This document shows, piece by piece, positions 32,271 through 42,595 of a stretch of 64,000 nt of DNA. The notes below the pieces were generated by a model. It worked only from the letters and a program-made list of their open reading frames with translations. It made no database searches and was not told the origin of the DNA. The position numbers and the translations under genes are program-made. How positions within the stretch are numbered: the first letter of the stretch is position 1; every line of letters begins with the position of its first letter. Origin of the DNA: an uncultured Acidobacteriota bacterium. Its GTDB lineage: Bacteria; Acidobacteriota; UBA4820; DSQY01. The stretch spans positions 1,107 through 65,106 of the forward strand of contig CAVRTJ010000003.1 of the NCBI GenBank assembly GCA_963724125.1. Reading direction: 5' to 3'.

Positions 32271-34463
32271 TCATCCCCGGTCGAGCAGACGCGAGAGGAA
32301 AGCTCGCGCGGCGGCCGGGCCCGCGAGGCGATAGGCGCCCCGGCTCGGCCGCGGCCCCACGTGAACCGCAAATCCATCCGGAGGCAGTGCCGCAAAGAGA
32401 TCCTCGTCGGTCAGGTCGTCGCCCATGGCCAGGACCGGCGGGAGGCCGCCGTACGCCGCTTCCAGTCCCTTTACGATGACGCCCTTGTGGAGTCCTCGCA
32501 TGCGGACCTCCAGAAACTTGTTCCCCGGCAGCACCTCCACCGGCAGGCTCTCCAGCTCCTTGCCGAGGGTCCGCCCCAGTTCCATGGACTGCCGGGCGCC
32601 GAACTCGGGATCCGCCATGCGGTGGTGCCAGGTGATGGCCGCCGTCTTCTCTTCGATCAGGGAGCCGGGGGTGGCGGTCGTGTAGCGTTCAAGAACGGGC
32701 ATGGCTATGTCCTTCCAGTCGAGCGATTCCAGACCGAGGGGCAACCACGTTCCCCCGGGCGTCGGCTTGGACCAGAACCCGTGTTCCGCGTGCAGCCCCA
32801 CGGGCAGTTCGCCGAACCACTGGTCCATGATGTCCCGCGCCCGACCGCTGACCACGTGGACACGCGTGCCGGGACGGGCGGCCAGGGCCTTCAGGAGCTT
32901 CATGAGATCGGGGTCGGGCGCCGCGATGAGGGGCGAGCTGGCGAACGGCACGAGGCTCCCGTCGTAATCGAGCAACAAGACGAGTTCCCGTTTCCTCAGA
33001 ACCTGGGCGACGAGGGCATCGATCTCTTTGGCGGAGGACACCCCCCGGGGCGCGCCGCCCCTGTCCTTCCTCGTATCATCGAGGGTTTCGAGGAAGGCGT
33101 TGGCCCAGTGGAATGAGTCGTTGGACTGTACGCGGCGGCGCAGGCCCCTGATCCGAGTCGCCCGTTCCTCTTTCGACATGTCGAAGGCCCTCAAGATGGC
33201 GGTGGCGACGCCGTCGCTGTCATACGGGTTGACAATGAGGGCCTCCGCCAGTTCCGAGGCGGCGCCCGCGAACTCGCTGAGGATCAGGACGCCGTCCTCG
33301 TCCGTCCGGGACGCCACAAATTCCTTGGCGACAAGGTTCATGCCGTCGCGTAGCGGTGTCACGAGCATCACGTCCGCGGCCTTGTAGAGGGCCACGAGCT
33401 GCTCTTGGGAGATGGAGTGGTACAGGTAGTGGACCGGCACGGCATTGACGGTCCCGTGAGCGCCGTTGATGCGCCCGACCATTTCATCCAGTTCCTGCCT
33501 GTAGGCCTTGTACGACTCGACCTTGCTGCGGGAGGGCACAACTACCTGCACGAGCCGCACCTTGCCCCGCAGTGAGGGCTCGCGGGTCAGAAGCCTGTCG
33601 ATGGCCAGCAGGCGCCTGGGCAGGCCCTTCGTGTAGTCCAGCCTGTCGATGCCCAGAAGGAGCTTCTGGCCTGAGGACTCGCTGCGGATCTTCCGCACCT
33701 CGGCAACGACGTCTTCGCTGTCGGCGACGCGACTGAACTCGGTCGCGTCGATACCCATGGGAAAGACGCCGAGCCGGACATCCCGGTCCGAATAATGGAG
33801 ATGGTCGCCATCCACGTCCAGGCCCAGGATCAAATTGACCGACCGGCTGAAGTGGCGCAGGTATGTGTAAGTGTGAAAACCAACCAGGTCGGCCCCCAGC
33901 ATGCCCTCGAGGATCTCCGTCCGCCAGGGCAGGATGCGAAAGACGTCCGAAGAGGGAAAGGGTATGTGGAGGAAAAACCCGATGGTGGCTTCGGGGATGA
34001 GCTGGCGGAGGAGAACCGGAACCAGGGCGAGCTGATAGTCGTGTACCCACACCGTGTCGCCGGGCTCGTAGTGCTCCGCGATGGTTTCCGCGAAGAGTTG
34101 GTTCACCTCCGCGTAGGTCTTCCAGTCTCGCCAGACGTCGCTATCCAGCCGGTCGGTGAGGTAGTGGAAGAGCGGCCACAGAATGCCGTTCGCAAAGCCT
34201 TCGTAATAACGCCTTATCTGCGTCTGGGTGAGGAAGACGGGAACCGTTCTCAGTTCGGCGAGCATTTTGCCCAGGCTCGCCCGTTCCCTGTCGTCGCGCC
34301 GCCCCACGTCGCCCGGCCAGCCGAACCACAGGGAATCGGACCGTTCGTGCGGTCCCTTCATGCCCGTGGCGAGCCCCCCCGAAGATTTCGTAATACTGAA
34401 CTCACCGTGATTTCTGTGGACGGTAACGGGCAACCGATTAGAAACGATCAGAAGTCTGCTCAT
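32271..34463 (-). CDS. bifunctional trehalose-6-phosphate synthase / trehalose-6-phosphate phosphatase (OtsA-OtsB fusion)
   Basis: The N-terminus carries a GT20 domain ([45 protein letters not shown]). The C-terminus carries a HAD phosphatase ([13 protein letters not shown]...[10 protein letters not shown]). Confidence 0.9.
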   Translation of the reverse strand: MSRLLIVSNRLPVTVHRNHGEFSITKSSGGLATGMKGPHERSDSLWFGWPGDVGRRDDRERASLGKMLAELRTVPVFLTQTQIRRYYEGFANGILWPLFHYLTDRLDSDVWRDWKTYAEVNQLFAETIAEHYEPGDTVWVHDYQLALVPVLLRQLIPEATIGFFLHIPFPSSDVFRILPWRTEILEGMLGADLVGFHTYTYLRHFSRSVNLILGLDVDGDHLHYSDRDVRLGVFPMGIDATEFSRVADSEDVVAEVRKIRSESSGQKLLLGIDRLDYTKGLPRRLLAIDRLLTREPSLRGKVRLVQVVVPSRSKVESYKAYRQELDEMVGRINGAHGTVNAVPVHYLYHSISQEQLVALYKAADVMLVTPLRDGMNLVAKEFVASRTDEDGVLILSEFAGAASELAEALIVNPYDSDGVATAILRAFDMSKEERATRIRGLRRRVQSNDSFHWANAFLETLDDTRKDRGGAPRGVSSAKEIDALVAQVLRKRELVLLLDYDGSLVPFASSPLIAAPDPDLMKLLKALAARPGTRVHVVSGRARDIMDQWFGELPVGLHAEHGFWSKPTPGGTWLPLGLESLDWKDIAMPVLERYTTATPGSLIEEKTAAITWHHRMADPEFGARQSMELGRTLGKELESLPVEVLPGNKFLEVRMRGLHKGVIVKGLEAAYGGLPPVLAMGDDLTDEDLFAALPPDGFAVHVGPRPSRGAYRLAGPAAARAFLSRLLDRG

Positions 34464-35037
34464 GTCGATAGTCCCTTTTCAAGATGGCCCGTCGTGGACG
34501 GGCCGATGGGCTCCTGCCCGCGCCGGGTCCGGGCGATTCCCCGGCCGCGCCTCGAGGCTCGCGGCGCGTATCCGGTGAATCTCCAACCTTCCGTGCGTAC
34601 GCCGGGGGACGAGGAAGATCCAGGTCCCATCGCAAGCGCCAAGAGTTGCAGAAGGTCATCGCTGGCATTTCTTGTCTGTTACTTAACCTATCATACGCAA
34701 TCGGGTACGGGCAAACACAAAGGCCGTCATGGCCCCCTGCCCGGACCATTCCTGCGCGTCTCTGGAAAGGCATGGATCGCCTTCTCCCACGTCAACAATC
34801 CCTGACGTCCATTTGTTCGGCAGGCGAGACGTGCGGTGAGGCTTTCGTCGGGGGAAGGACGCGCCCTCCGGGCCTCCGGGACGTGTCAAACGGGTCCCGC
34901 TGCCGCCGGGAGAATTTTCGGCGGCAAGGGCCTCACGGCGATTCCCGTAAGGTCCGAAGAACGATACCGGCCCGGCGAATCACAGACCGGGCCCGCGTCG
35001 CCTTTCGGAATGTCGTCGATCCCCTTGTCCGCCCGCC

Positions 35038-35850
35038 TTACCAGCGGAAGACGAGAGAAACGGTGGTCGTCGTGTCGGTCTTTTTGAAGCCGGGCTGGGG
35101 CTCGTTGTCGTACCGCACCTGCACGCCGGCCTTGAGGGCCAGGTGGTCGTTCACCGCGGCCTGCAGGGCTGTCTCGGATTCGAAACGCCAGTTCGTCGTC
35201 ATGTCGAAATCCGGAAAGTACGAGAGATTCTGGGTGAACTTCGACCCCTTGGAGAAAATCCAGTCGTAGCGCGCACCCAGGAGCCCGCCGAAGAAGTCCC
35301 GCCTGGTCCGGTCGGTGTACTCCTCCCGTGTCTGCGTGAGGCCCGCGTCGAAGGACAGGTGCTGCCTCGGCCCGATGAGCGCATTGTACGTCCCGCCCGT
35401 CTCGACGAAATATCGGCGGTGGATGCCGGAGAAACGGTCGCTCATGCCCGCCACGCCGACGAAAGCCTCCCAGCGTTTTCCGAAGGCTCTGTTCCCGCGA
35501 ACCTGGCCCGAAGTACGCTCGGCCGTCGTTTCTCCCGTGTTCCTGGCTTGCATGTAGCTGAACTTGCCCGTTATGCCCCACGGATCGGGCTTTCTCTTGA
35601 AGACGAAGTCCGTGCCGCCTGTCTGGGTGTCGCTGTTACCGCTCGTCGCCACGTAGGAAAGGCTCAAAGACATGTCCCAGAGCTTTGTTTTCCCGGGCCC
35701 GGCTGCGCGGACGGGCGCCAGCCAGAGAAGCGCCAGCGGGATGGTGAGAAGCGCAAGCCGACTGCGGCCGGTCCGTTTGGCGCTCCGCGCGTGTCGGGGC
35801 GACGCCGGAGGGGTGCCTGTCCCAGCGTTAAAAAGTTGATCGTGCGTCAT
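35038..35850 (-). CDS. DUF481-family outer-membrane beta-barrel protein
   Basis: Signal peptide, then alternating beta-strand pattern (LSLSYVATSGNSDTQT...) ending in ...VSLVFRW (aromatic C-terminus). Start taken at ATG 35850. Confidence 0.7.
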   Translation of the reverse strand: MTHDQLFNAGTGTPPASPRHARSAKRTGRSRLALLTIPLALLWLAPVRAAGPGKTKLWDMSLSLSYVATSGNSDTQTGGTDFVFKRKPDPWGITGKFSYMQARNTGETTAERTSGQVRGNRAFGKRWEAFVGVAGMSDRFSGIHRRYFVETGGTYNALIGPRQHLSFDAGLTQTREEYTDRTRRDFFGGLLGARYDWIFSKGSKFTQNLSYFPDFDMTTNWRFESETALQAAVNDHLALKAGVQVRYDNEPQPGFKKTDTTTTVSLVFRW

Positions 35851-36061
35851 GGTCTTCTTTCTCCTCCCGTCTCGACAGATGGAGGAGCCTCCCCGGCCGG
35901 GTAGCGGCCTGAAGGCCCTCACCGCTTACAGTTGGACTGACCGCCTGAGACCGTACTCTACCACGAGACGACACTCGTTCTTCCCCGAGGATTCGGGTAA
36001 GCTGTTGAACCGGGCACAAAGACAGCAGGCCTCATCGATACCGGTCGATCTGGAGGAGACC

Positions 36062-37006
36062 ATGGAAGAATCGAAGAGAGAACCCTCGCTGACAGGGGGC
36101 TTGTTCGCCCTCACGGCGGGCCTTCTGTCGGCCGCCATCTTGTCGACCCTGGTCGGGTGCTGCGCGTGCAGGCGCTCGAGCATTCCCGATCTCCAACCGG
36201 CGACGCTCTCCTGGGTGCAGGGCCGGGAAGGCAGGCTGCGGGTGGAAGACGCCGGAAGAGGCGGACTGCCCGTCCTGCTCGTTCACGGGCTGGGCGGCAA
36301 CCGAAGCGCGTGGTCGGCCCAGGTCGAGCATCTCGCGGCGCGCAGGCGCGTGGTGACTTTCGACCTGAGGGGGCACGGGGAATCCGCCCCGGCGCAGGAC
36401 GGCGACTACTCGGTCCAGGGCTTTGCCGACGACGTGGAATCCGTCGCCGACGCCTTGCACCTGAAGCGGTTCGTTCTGGTCGGACACAGTCTCGGCGGCG
36501 CGGTGATCGGAGCCTACGCCGGACGCCATCCCGACAGGGTGGCGGGCCTCCTCTTCGTGGACCCTGTCGGCGACCTTACGCGCCTGCCCGCGAAGGACAC
36601 CAAGGCCTGGCTTTCAGGGCTCGAACCCGCTCATTACGAAGCCTTTACCGACAAGTGGTTCGGCCAGATGCTGTCCGCCGCGCGGCCCCCGGTCCGCCGC
36701 ATGGTCATGGCGGCCTTCAGGCAGACATCCCCCTTTGTGATCGCGGGGACGGTCCGGGGCTTGATCGCCTACCGTCCCGAGGACGCCCTCGAATGCTACC
36801 GGGGACCCATGCTGACCGTCATCACACCCGAGAACAACGAGCCCTACAGTCTGCAGAACCTTGTCCCCGGCCTGGCTTCCAGAGAGATAAGGGGAACGAG
36901 CCACTGGGTCATGATGGACGAACCCCGGGTCTTCAACGGGATCATGGACGGCTTTCTGGCATCGCTCGAGCGAGGAAGCGCAGAGGTCCCCGTTCCGCAA
37001 GGCTAG
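36062..37006 (+). CDS. alpha/beta-fold hydrolase (possible lipoprotein)
   Basis: ATG 36062 with an LVGC lipobox-like motif. LPVLLVHGLGGN, nucleophile elbow GHSLGG, C-terminal GTSHWVMMDEP. Confidence 0.8.
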   Translation: MEESKREPSLTGGLFALTAGLLSAAILSTLVGCCACRRSSIPDLQPATLSWVQGREGRLRVEDAGRGGLPVLLVHGLGGNRSAWSAQVEHLAARRRVVTFDLRGHGESAPAQDGDYSVQGFADDVESVADALHLKRFVLVGHSLGGAVIGAYAGRHPDRVAGLLFVDPVGDLTRLPAKDTKAWLSGLEPAHYEAFTDKWFGQMLSAARPPVRRMVMAAFRQTSPFVIAGTVRGLIAYRPEDALECYRGPMLTVITPENNEPYSLQNLVPGLASREIRGTSHWVMMDEPRVFNGIMDGFLASLERGSAEVPVPQG

Positions 37007-37007
37007 G

Positions 37008-37787
37008 TCATTTGCCGCCCGGTTCGAGTGCCTCGCCGGTCATGGGCACGAAGCGAACGGGGTGCATTTCGTACCTTCGCAGGCGCCCGTCTTCGGTTTT
37101 CTCGATGAGGACCAGGTTCTGAAACTCCGTTCCCAGCGGTATGACCAATCGACCGCCGGGAGCAAGCTGCTCGACCAGCGGTGGTGGAACGCGGACGGAG
37201 GCCGCCGTCACCAGGATGGCCTGGAAGGGTCCCGCCCCGGGCCATCCCCGGTAGCCGTCTCCGCACTTTACCCTCACCTTGTTGTAGCCGAGAGACCTCA
37301 GGCGCTCTCGGGCCTGCGCCGCCAGGGCGCAGATGATCTCCACGCTCCAGACCTCGGACCCCATTTCGGCGAGCACGGCTGCCTGGTAGCCGGACCCCGT
37401 ACCCACTTCCAGGACGCGCGTCCCCCTCTTGACGCCCGCGAGCTGAGTCATGAGCGCCACGACGTAGGGCTGGGAAATGGTCTGGCCGTGGCTGATGGGC
37501 AGGGCGCAATCGGAATAGGCGTAGGCCCTGACCTGGGCGGGTACGAAAAGGTGCCTGGGGACCCGTTCCATGGCCGTAAGCACGCTCCTGTCGGTGATAT
37601 CGCGGGTCTTCAGTTGATCGCCGACCATGGCGAGCCTGCGCGCCCTGTAGCCGTCGTTGCCGCAGCTTGATGCGCTTCCGCCGCTGCACGCGCCAAAGGC
37701 AAGCCAGCACATGCCCAGCAGCATCCCCCCGATCAGGCATGCCGGCGCACTGCTCATTCGGGAAGTCAATGGTTCCGACATGGTCAT
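37008..37787 (-). CDS. pcm: protein-L-isoaspartate O-methyltransferase
   Basis: VPRHLFVP, GQTISQPYVVALM, LEVGTGSGYQAAVLA, GGRLVIP. The N-terminus has a signal or lipobox-like segment (AFGAC). Confidence 0.85.
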   Translation of the reverse strand: MTMSEPLTSRMSSAPACLIGGMLLGMCWLAFGACSGGSASSCGNDGYRARRLAMVGDQLKTRDITDRSVLTAMERVPRHLFVPAQVRAYAYSDCALPISHGQTISQPYVVALMTQLAGVKRGTRVLEVGTGSGYQAAVLAEMGSEVWSVEIICALAAQARERLRSLGYNKVRVKCGDGYRGWPGAGPFQAILVTAASVRVPPPLVEQLAPGGRLVIPLGTEFQNLVLIEKTEDGRLRRYEMHPVRFVPMTGEALEPGGK

Positions 37788-37962
37788 CTCTCCGTTCCCT
37801 GACCAAAATATAGGGCCTCCAATAAAGTCGGGCACCCCGTACCGGGCACACGAAACAAGGCGGTCTTTGAACCCGTACCACTGTTCACATGCGGTCGAGC
37901 GATCCAGCAGGGGGTCCATTCGGCCCGTTCACGAAACCGTACCGCCGGCCCAGGAGGGATCT

Positions 37963-38601
37963 ATGAAAAAGAGCCTGATTGTCCTGATCGTTCTTTTCGC
38001 CCTGACGCTTCCGGCCCTGGCATCGGAGAAGGTCAGGACCATCAAGAAAAGCTACCCCTCGGCGCAGGCGAGCGAACTGAGTCTCGACGTGCCCGTGGGC
38101 GATGTCCACCTCAAGACCTACGACGGGCAGGACGTTCAAGTTGAAATGACCATCACCTGTCGCTCGCCGGGCTGGAAATGCAAGGACAAGGCCGAGCGCA
38201 TCGAACTCGTCTCGCGCGTGACGGGCCGGGAACTGAAGGTCGAGGTGAAGGGTTATCCCAAGCACTCGAGCCATGGGCTGAATCTTGACCTCGAGGTGAG
38301 ACTTCCCGCCCAGATGGCTTTCCACCTGGAGCTGGGTGTGGGAGACGTGAAAATTTCCGGCGTCAAGAAGGACCTCTCCCTGAAAGTCGGCGTGGGCGAT
38401 GTAACCGTGGACATGCCTTCGCCGGCCGTGCGCTCCGTTGAACTCGACGCGGGCGTCGGCGATGCCGATCTCAGAGTGGACGGGCGGCACACGGAGGGGT
38501 CCGGTTTCATCGGAAAGAGCCTGTCGTGGTCGGCCGGCAAGGGGGCGGCGCGGATCAAGGTCGAAGTCGGCGTCGGCGACGTGAACGTCCGGCTTCGCTG
38601 A
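37963..38601 (+). CDS. secreted beta-helix/adhesin-like protein (DUF4097-like)
   Basis: ATG 37963 with signal peptide MKKSLIVLIVLFALTLPALA. Repeated VGDV/GVGDV strands (VGDVHLKT, GVGDVKISG, GVGDVTVDM, GVGDADLRV, GVGDVNVRL). Confidence 0.6.
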   Translation: MKKSLIVLIVLFALTLPALASEKVRTIKKSYPSAQASELSLDVPVGDVHLKTYDGQDVQVEMTITCRSPGWKCKDKAERIELVSRVTGRELKVEVKGYPKHSSHGLNLDLEVRLPAQMAFHLELGVGDVKISGVKKDLSLKVGVGDVTVDMPSPAVRSVELDAGVGDADLRVDGRHTEGSGFIGKSLSWSAGKGAARIKVEVGVGDVNVRLR

Positions 38602-38624
38602 AGCGGCTATTCGGTCACGGTGAA

Positions 38625-38646
38625 AGGGGACCGCGGGAACGGTCCC
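38625..38646. terminator. hairpin between convergent genes (possible bidirectional terminator)
   Basis: GGGGACCG-CGGGAA-CGGTCCCC, flanked by a short T-rich run on each strand. Confidence 0.5.
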
Positions 38647-38670
38647 CTTCTCCATGACTGCTGAATCGGC

Positions 38671-39768
38671 TCAGATTTCGGACGCGTGTACCGGCTTACC
38701 AAAGAGATAGCCCTGGGCGTATTGGAAACCGATGCGCTTACACACCTCGCGTTCCTCTTCGCACTCGATGCCCTCCGCCAGGGGCGTAATCCCAAGATCG
38801 CAGGCCATCTTGACGAGAGTCTCGACCATTTGGAGCAGCCGCTTGTGCCGGGTGTGAATCTGGTGGATGAGCGACGCATCGAACTTCAGATAGTGGGGCG
38901 GGACTTCTATCAACTCCAGAAACCGGGCCTGCCCGGCGCCGAAATCGTCGTAGGCCAGGTAGATGTTCAAGTTCTGGAGTTCCACCCTGAGGCGCTTCAT
39001 GCGAACGAGGTCCGTAACCGCCTTCTCGCTGAGCTCCACGGTGATCGGCAGGCTCGGCCAGGTGGTGCGGATACTTTCGAGGGACTCGATAAGCCCCGGC
39101 TGGGCTGTTTCGGCGGGGTGAATGTTGATGAAGAGGTGGGGGCTTCCCGGCAGCCTGGCGCCTTCGAGCAGGCCCTGCTGCCAGAAGAGACGGCTCAGCT
39201 TGGCCTCGTACCCAAGGGGCTCCGCCAGGCTGAAGAGCTCGAGAGGGCGCGTGGGGAGGCCCTCCAATCGTCCCCTGCTGAGAATCTCGTACCCGAGAAG
39301 GCTTCCGTCGTCGATCCTGACTATGGGCTGAAAAAGCGGGGTGACGGCCTTCTTGTCGAGGAGAGATTTGAATTCGGGCTCGCAATACGGGAGCTGCAGA
39401 GGTATCAGATTCAGAGAAGTGCTCGTCTCTTCCATCTTTTCCTCCAGCTCTTGCCCCCTACTGAAAACGCGGAATTGCACGTTTCCGAACTGCACGACAT
39501 CGCCGGTTCTGAGCTGCTCCAGGCCCGAAACGCGCCTGCCGTTGACGAAGGTGCCGTTCTTGCTCCCGAGGTCCCGGAGCCAGAGACACGATTCCTGTTG
39601 AAGAATCTCCGCGTGCCGCCTGGATATGGACCGGGTCGAGATGGAGAGATCGCACCCTTCCTTCCTTCCGATGGTGAAGGGAAGAGGGTCGATCGTAATG
39701 AGCCAAGTCTTGCCATCGTTGAGCAGACCCTCAAGGTACCAGGCCACGTCATACTCGATCTCTATCAT
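38671..39768 (-). CDS. FHA domain - EAL domain protein (putative c-di-GMP phosphodiesterase)
   Basis: FHA domain: TIGRKEGCDLSISTRSISRRHAEI...LGSKNGTFVNG. EAL domain: FQPIV...GYEILSRG, FINIHP, VELSE, YDDFGAG, KFD, LAEGIE, AQGYLFGKP. Confidence 0.85.
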   Translation of the reverse strand: MIEIEYDVAWYLEGLLNDGKTWLITIDPLPFTIGRKEGCDLSISTRSISRRHAEILQQESCLWLRDLGSKNGTFVNGRRVSGLEQLRTGDVVQFGNVQFRVFSRGQELEEKMEETSTSLNLIPLQLPYCEPEFKSLLDKKAVTPLFQPIVRIDDGSLLGYEILSRGRLEGLPTRPLELFSLAEPLGYEAKLSRLFWQQGLLEGARLPGSPHLFINIHPAETAQPGLIESLESIRTTWPSLPITVELSEKAVTDLVRMKRLRVELQNLNIYLAYDDFGAGQARFLELIEVPPHYLKFDASLIHQIHTRHKRLLQMVETLVKMACDLGITPLAEGIECEEEREVCKRIGFQYAQGYLFGKPVHASEI

Positions 39769-40077
39769 GCCCTGACCTTTCGCGCCGCGCGCGAGAACGA
39801 GAAGCGGGGCTCTTCGTTTCCAATATCAATGCCTGATCGCAAAACCCGATCCCTCCCGTCGTAAAGGAGGCATTACGGCATGCGTTCGCCCCTTCCCATT
39901 CTTATACGCCATGTCGCCGATTCTGTCACGTCTGTCCACTTCGCCCGTGGTCGCAGAGATCCGCCGAACAGGTGATCCGGTGATCGGGTAAGCCGTCGCG
40001 GGATTACTCTTCGAAGGTTCGTCCCGGGTGGTCGTCTGAATCCGGAATACCAAAACGGTCCCTCCCGACTTCCGCCT

Positions 40078-40112
40078 TTAGCCCTTGGCCTTTCGTCCTT
40101 TGCCCTTCCCCA
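40078..40112. repeat. heptamer-phased CCTTTNG tract
   Basis: cctttag cccttgg cctttcg tcctttg cccttcc. Related tracts occur at 49330-49362, 56803-56835 and 63752-63808. Confidence 0.5.
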
Positions 40113-40125
40113 CGCCCCCCACGAA

Positions 40126-40151
40126 GAAAAAGGTCCCGCGCGAGCGGGACC
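40126..40151 (-). terminator. Rho-independent terminator of sod
   Basis: On the minus strand, GGTCCCGC-TCGC-GCGGGACC is followed by TTTTTC, about 30 nt after the sod stop. Confidence 0.6.
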
Positions 40152-40182
40152 TGACAGAGTTGATCGGACTTTCGTCGCTTTT

Positions 40183-40791
40183 CTAGCCGAGTGCCTTTTT
40201 GAAGCGGTCTTCGACGGCCTTCCAGTTGACGACGTTCCACCAGGCCTTGATGTAATCGGGCCTGCGGTTCTGATATTTGAGGTAATAAGCGTGCTCCCAG
40301 ACATCCAGCCCGAGGATCGGGACCTTGTTCTCCATGTACGGACTGTCCTGGTTCGCGGTCGAGTACACGTCCAGCTTGCCGTCGTTCACGATCAGCCAGG
40401 CCCAGCCCGAGCCGAAGCGCGTGGCCGCGGCGCTGGTGAACTTCTCGTGAAAGGCCTCGAAGCTACCGAAGGTCTTGTCGATGGCGCCCGCGAGGTCGCC
40501 GGAGGGCTTGCCGCCGCCGTTCGGGTCCATGATCTCCCAGAAGAGGCTGTGGTTGGCGTGGCCGCCGCCGTTGTTTCGGACGGCCGTCCGGATAGCCTCG
40601 GGCACGGCGTCGATGGCCCTCAGCAGGTCCTTCACGTCCTTGTTCTTGAGATCGTCGTAGCTTTCGACGGCGCCGTTGAGCTTCTTCACATAACCGCCGT
40701 GGTGCTTGTCGTGGTGGATCTGCATGGTCTGCGCGTCGATGTGGGGTTCCAGCGCGTCGAACGCGTAAGGCAGTTTGGGTACTTCGTGCAT
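40183..40791 (-). CDS. sod: Fe/Mn superoxide dismutase
   Basis: [55 protein letters not shown]. Confidence 0.95.
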   Translation of the reverse strand: MHEVPKLPYAFDALEPHIDAQTMQIHHDKHHGGYVKKLNGAVESYDDLKNKDVKDLLRAIDAVPEAIRTAVRNNGGGHANHSLFWEIMDPNGGGKPSGDLAGAIDKTFGSFEAFHEKFTSAAATRFGSGWAWLIVNDGKLDVYSTANQDSPYMENKVPILGLDVWEHAYYLKYQNRRPDYIKAWWNVVNWKAVEDRFKKALG

Positions 40792-40959
40792 GGTCTTCTC
40801 CTTTTGTCTCTATCTCATTTCGAGGCCTTGAGGCCCGTTTCCCGAGGTCCCGCCCTCGACTCGTTCCTCAGGACCGGGACTTTGCGTGCGAATGCCTAAC
40901 ATCTATCTAACCCGCGGGCGGGTTATTTATTGCACATGAGCAGATGTTCACATTTCTCT

Positions 40960-41742
40960 TCAGCGGAAGAGGTCCTGCAAAAAGGTGCGCATGGCCCGCC
41001 ACGACCGTTCGTCGGCCCGTGCGTTGTAGGCGGCCCCTCTTGAATTGTCGTGGCCGGCATCGGGGTCCGTGAAGCTGTGGACGGCGCCTCCGTAGTACAC
41101 CATCTCCCAGTCCACGGACGCCTTTCGGAGTTCGTCCCGGAAGGCGGCTACGTCCGCCGCGGACATGGTGGGGTCGTCTGCCCCGTGAAGGACCAGGACC
41201 CTGCCTTTGATGTTGCGGGCATCTTCAGGGTGCAGGCTGTCGAGCCCGCCGTGAAAGCTGACCGTTCCCCGAACGTCCGCCCCGCTTCTCGCAAGCTCGA
41301 GGACCGCCGTTCCCCCGAAACAATACCCTATGGCAGCGAGTTTTCCCGGATCCACGCGGGGCTTCTCAGCCAGTTGTTCGAGAGCGACCCGGACCCTCCT
41401 GCGCAAGAGAGGGCGATCCGCTTTGTAGCCCCCCGCCAGTTTCGCCGCTTCCTCCCTCGTGGACGGCCTGACGCCCTTTCCGTAGACGTCGGCCGCGAAG
41501 GCCACGTAGCCCAGTTCCGCGAGCATGCGGCAGCGCCGCTTCACCTGTTCGCCCAGCCCCATCCATGCGTGGACGACCAGAACGCCCGGCCGGGGGCCCT
41601 TCATGGAGTCGTCGTAGGCCAGAAAACCTTCCAGGGTCGTATCTCCGTCCTTGTAAACCACGTCCTTTGTGACGATCTTTGCCTGGATTCCCAGCGACAT
41701 CAGCAACACTCCCATGGCGATCAAAAGAACTCTCGTTTTCAT
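40960..41742 (-). CDS. dienelactone hydrolase family protein (secreted)
   Basis: Signal peptide. PGVLVVHAWMG, nucleophile region GYCFGG, LVLHGADDP, AVHSF. Confidence 0.85.
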   Translation of the reverse strand: MKTRVLLIAMGVLLMSLGIQAKIVTKDVVYKDGDTTLEGFLAYDDSMKGPRPGVLVVHAWMGLGEQVKRRCRMLAELGYVAFAADVYGKGVRPSTREEAAKLAGGYKADRPLLRRRVRVALEQLAEKPRVDPGKLAAIGYCFGGTAVLELARSGADVRGTVSFHGGLDSLHPEDARNIKGRVLVLHGADDPTMSAADVAAFRDELRKASVDWEMVYYGGAVHSFTDPDAGHDNSRGAAYNARADERSWRAMRTFLQDLFR

Positions 41743-41954
41743 CTCCCATCTTCCTCACTTCTATAAACGTGCACGAGGCGCAATTCTTTCCTTCACCGTG
41801 TTCTCTCCCGCCGAAGCCGCAATTGCCGAGGGAGATGCCGTGTTACAGTTCACACGTGGGAAGGAAACCACCGGCCGGTCGTCGAAGCCGGCTTCGGGCA
41901 TCCGGCCCGCCGATGGAGGCCCGACCGGGCCGACGGAAGGAGAAAGAAACGGAC

Positions 41955-42521
41955 ATGGGATTCGGAACCGTCCTGGCCGTCGCCGTAGCCCTCGCCATGG
42001 ACGCGTTCGCCGTGGCCGTCGCGTCGGGCATCAACCTGCGGACCGTCACGGGACGCCAGACCTTTCGGCTCGCGTGGCACTTCGGGCTTTTCCAGGCCGT
42101 CATGCCGGTCCTGGGATGGCTTGGGGGCGAAACGATCACGGTCTTCATGCGCCGTTTCGACCACTGGATAGCTTTCGCCCTGCTGACGGCCATCGGTGCC
42201 CGGATGATCTACGGCGCCTTTTCGAAAAGGGACGAGACCGGGCGGCGCGTCGATCCGACCCGTGGCGGCACCATGGTCATGCTCTCCGTGGCCACGAGCC
42301 TCGACGCCCTGGCCGTGGGGTTGAGCCTGTCCCTCTTGCGGGTGTCCATCTGGTGGCCGGCCCTCGCAATAGGGCTGGTCGCAGGCCTCTTCACGATCGC
42401 AGGACTCCACCTCGGGCGGCTGATCGGTCGCTCCTCCCGCCTGGGACCCGTCGCCGAGTGCGCGGGCGGGCTCGTGTTGGTCGCCATCGGCGCCGACATT
42501 CTCCTCCGTCACGGTCTGTAA
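41955..42521 (+). CDS. mntP: manganese efflux pump MntP
   Basis: ATG 41955 preceded by GGAAGGAG. The translation MGFGTVLAVAVALAMDAFAVAVASG...LSVATSLDALAVGLSL shows the duplicated MntP motif. Confidence 0.85.
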   Translation: MGFGTVLAVAVALAMDAFAVAVASGINLRTVTGRQTFRLAWHFGLFQAVMPVLGWLGGETITVFMRRFDHWIAFALLTAIGARMIYGAFSKRDETGRRVDPTRGGTMVMLSVATSLDALAVGLSLSLLRVSIWWPALAIGLVAGLFTIAGLHLGRLIGRSSRLGPVAECAGGLVLVAIGADILLRHGL

Positions 42522-42545
42522 CGTCCGGACGGGGCCATGTCAAAG

Positions 42546-42571
42546 AAAACGGGCGGCCCGCAGGCCGCCCG
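42546..42571. terminator. hairpin terminator between convergent mntP and the BNR gene
   Basis: CGGGCGGCC-CGCA-GGCCGCCCG (42550-42571). On the minus strand it is followed by TTTTCTTTG. Confidence 0.55.
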
Positions 42572-42595
42572 TCGAACACCCACCTCACAAGGCGT

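Noticed and set aside
34486-34504. Hairpin GGCCCGTC-GTG-GACGGGCC about 20 nt upstream of the otsAB start, considered as a possible regulatory element.
   Set aside because: It is an isolated 8-bp hairpin with no U-tract or recognisable riboswitch context. That is insufficient evidence for any function.
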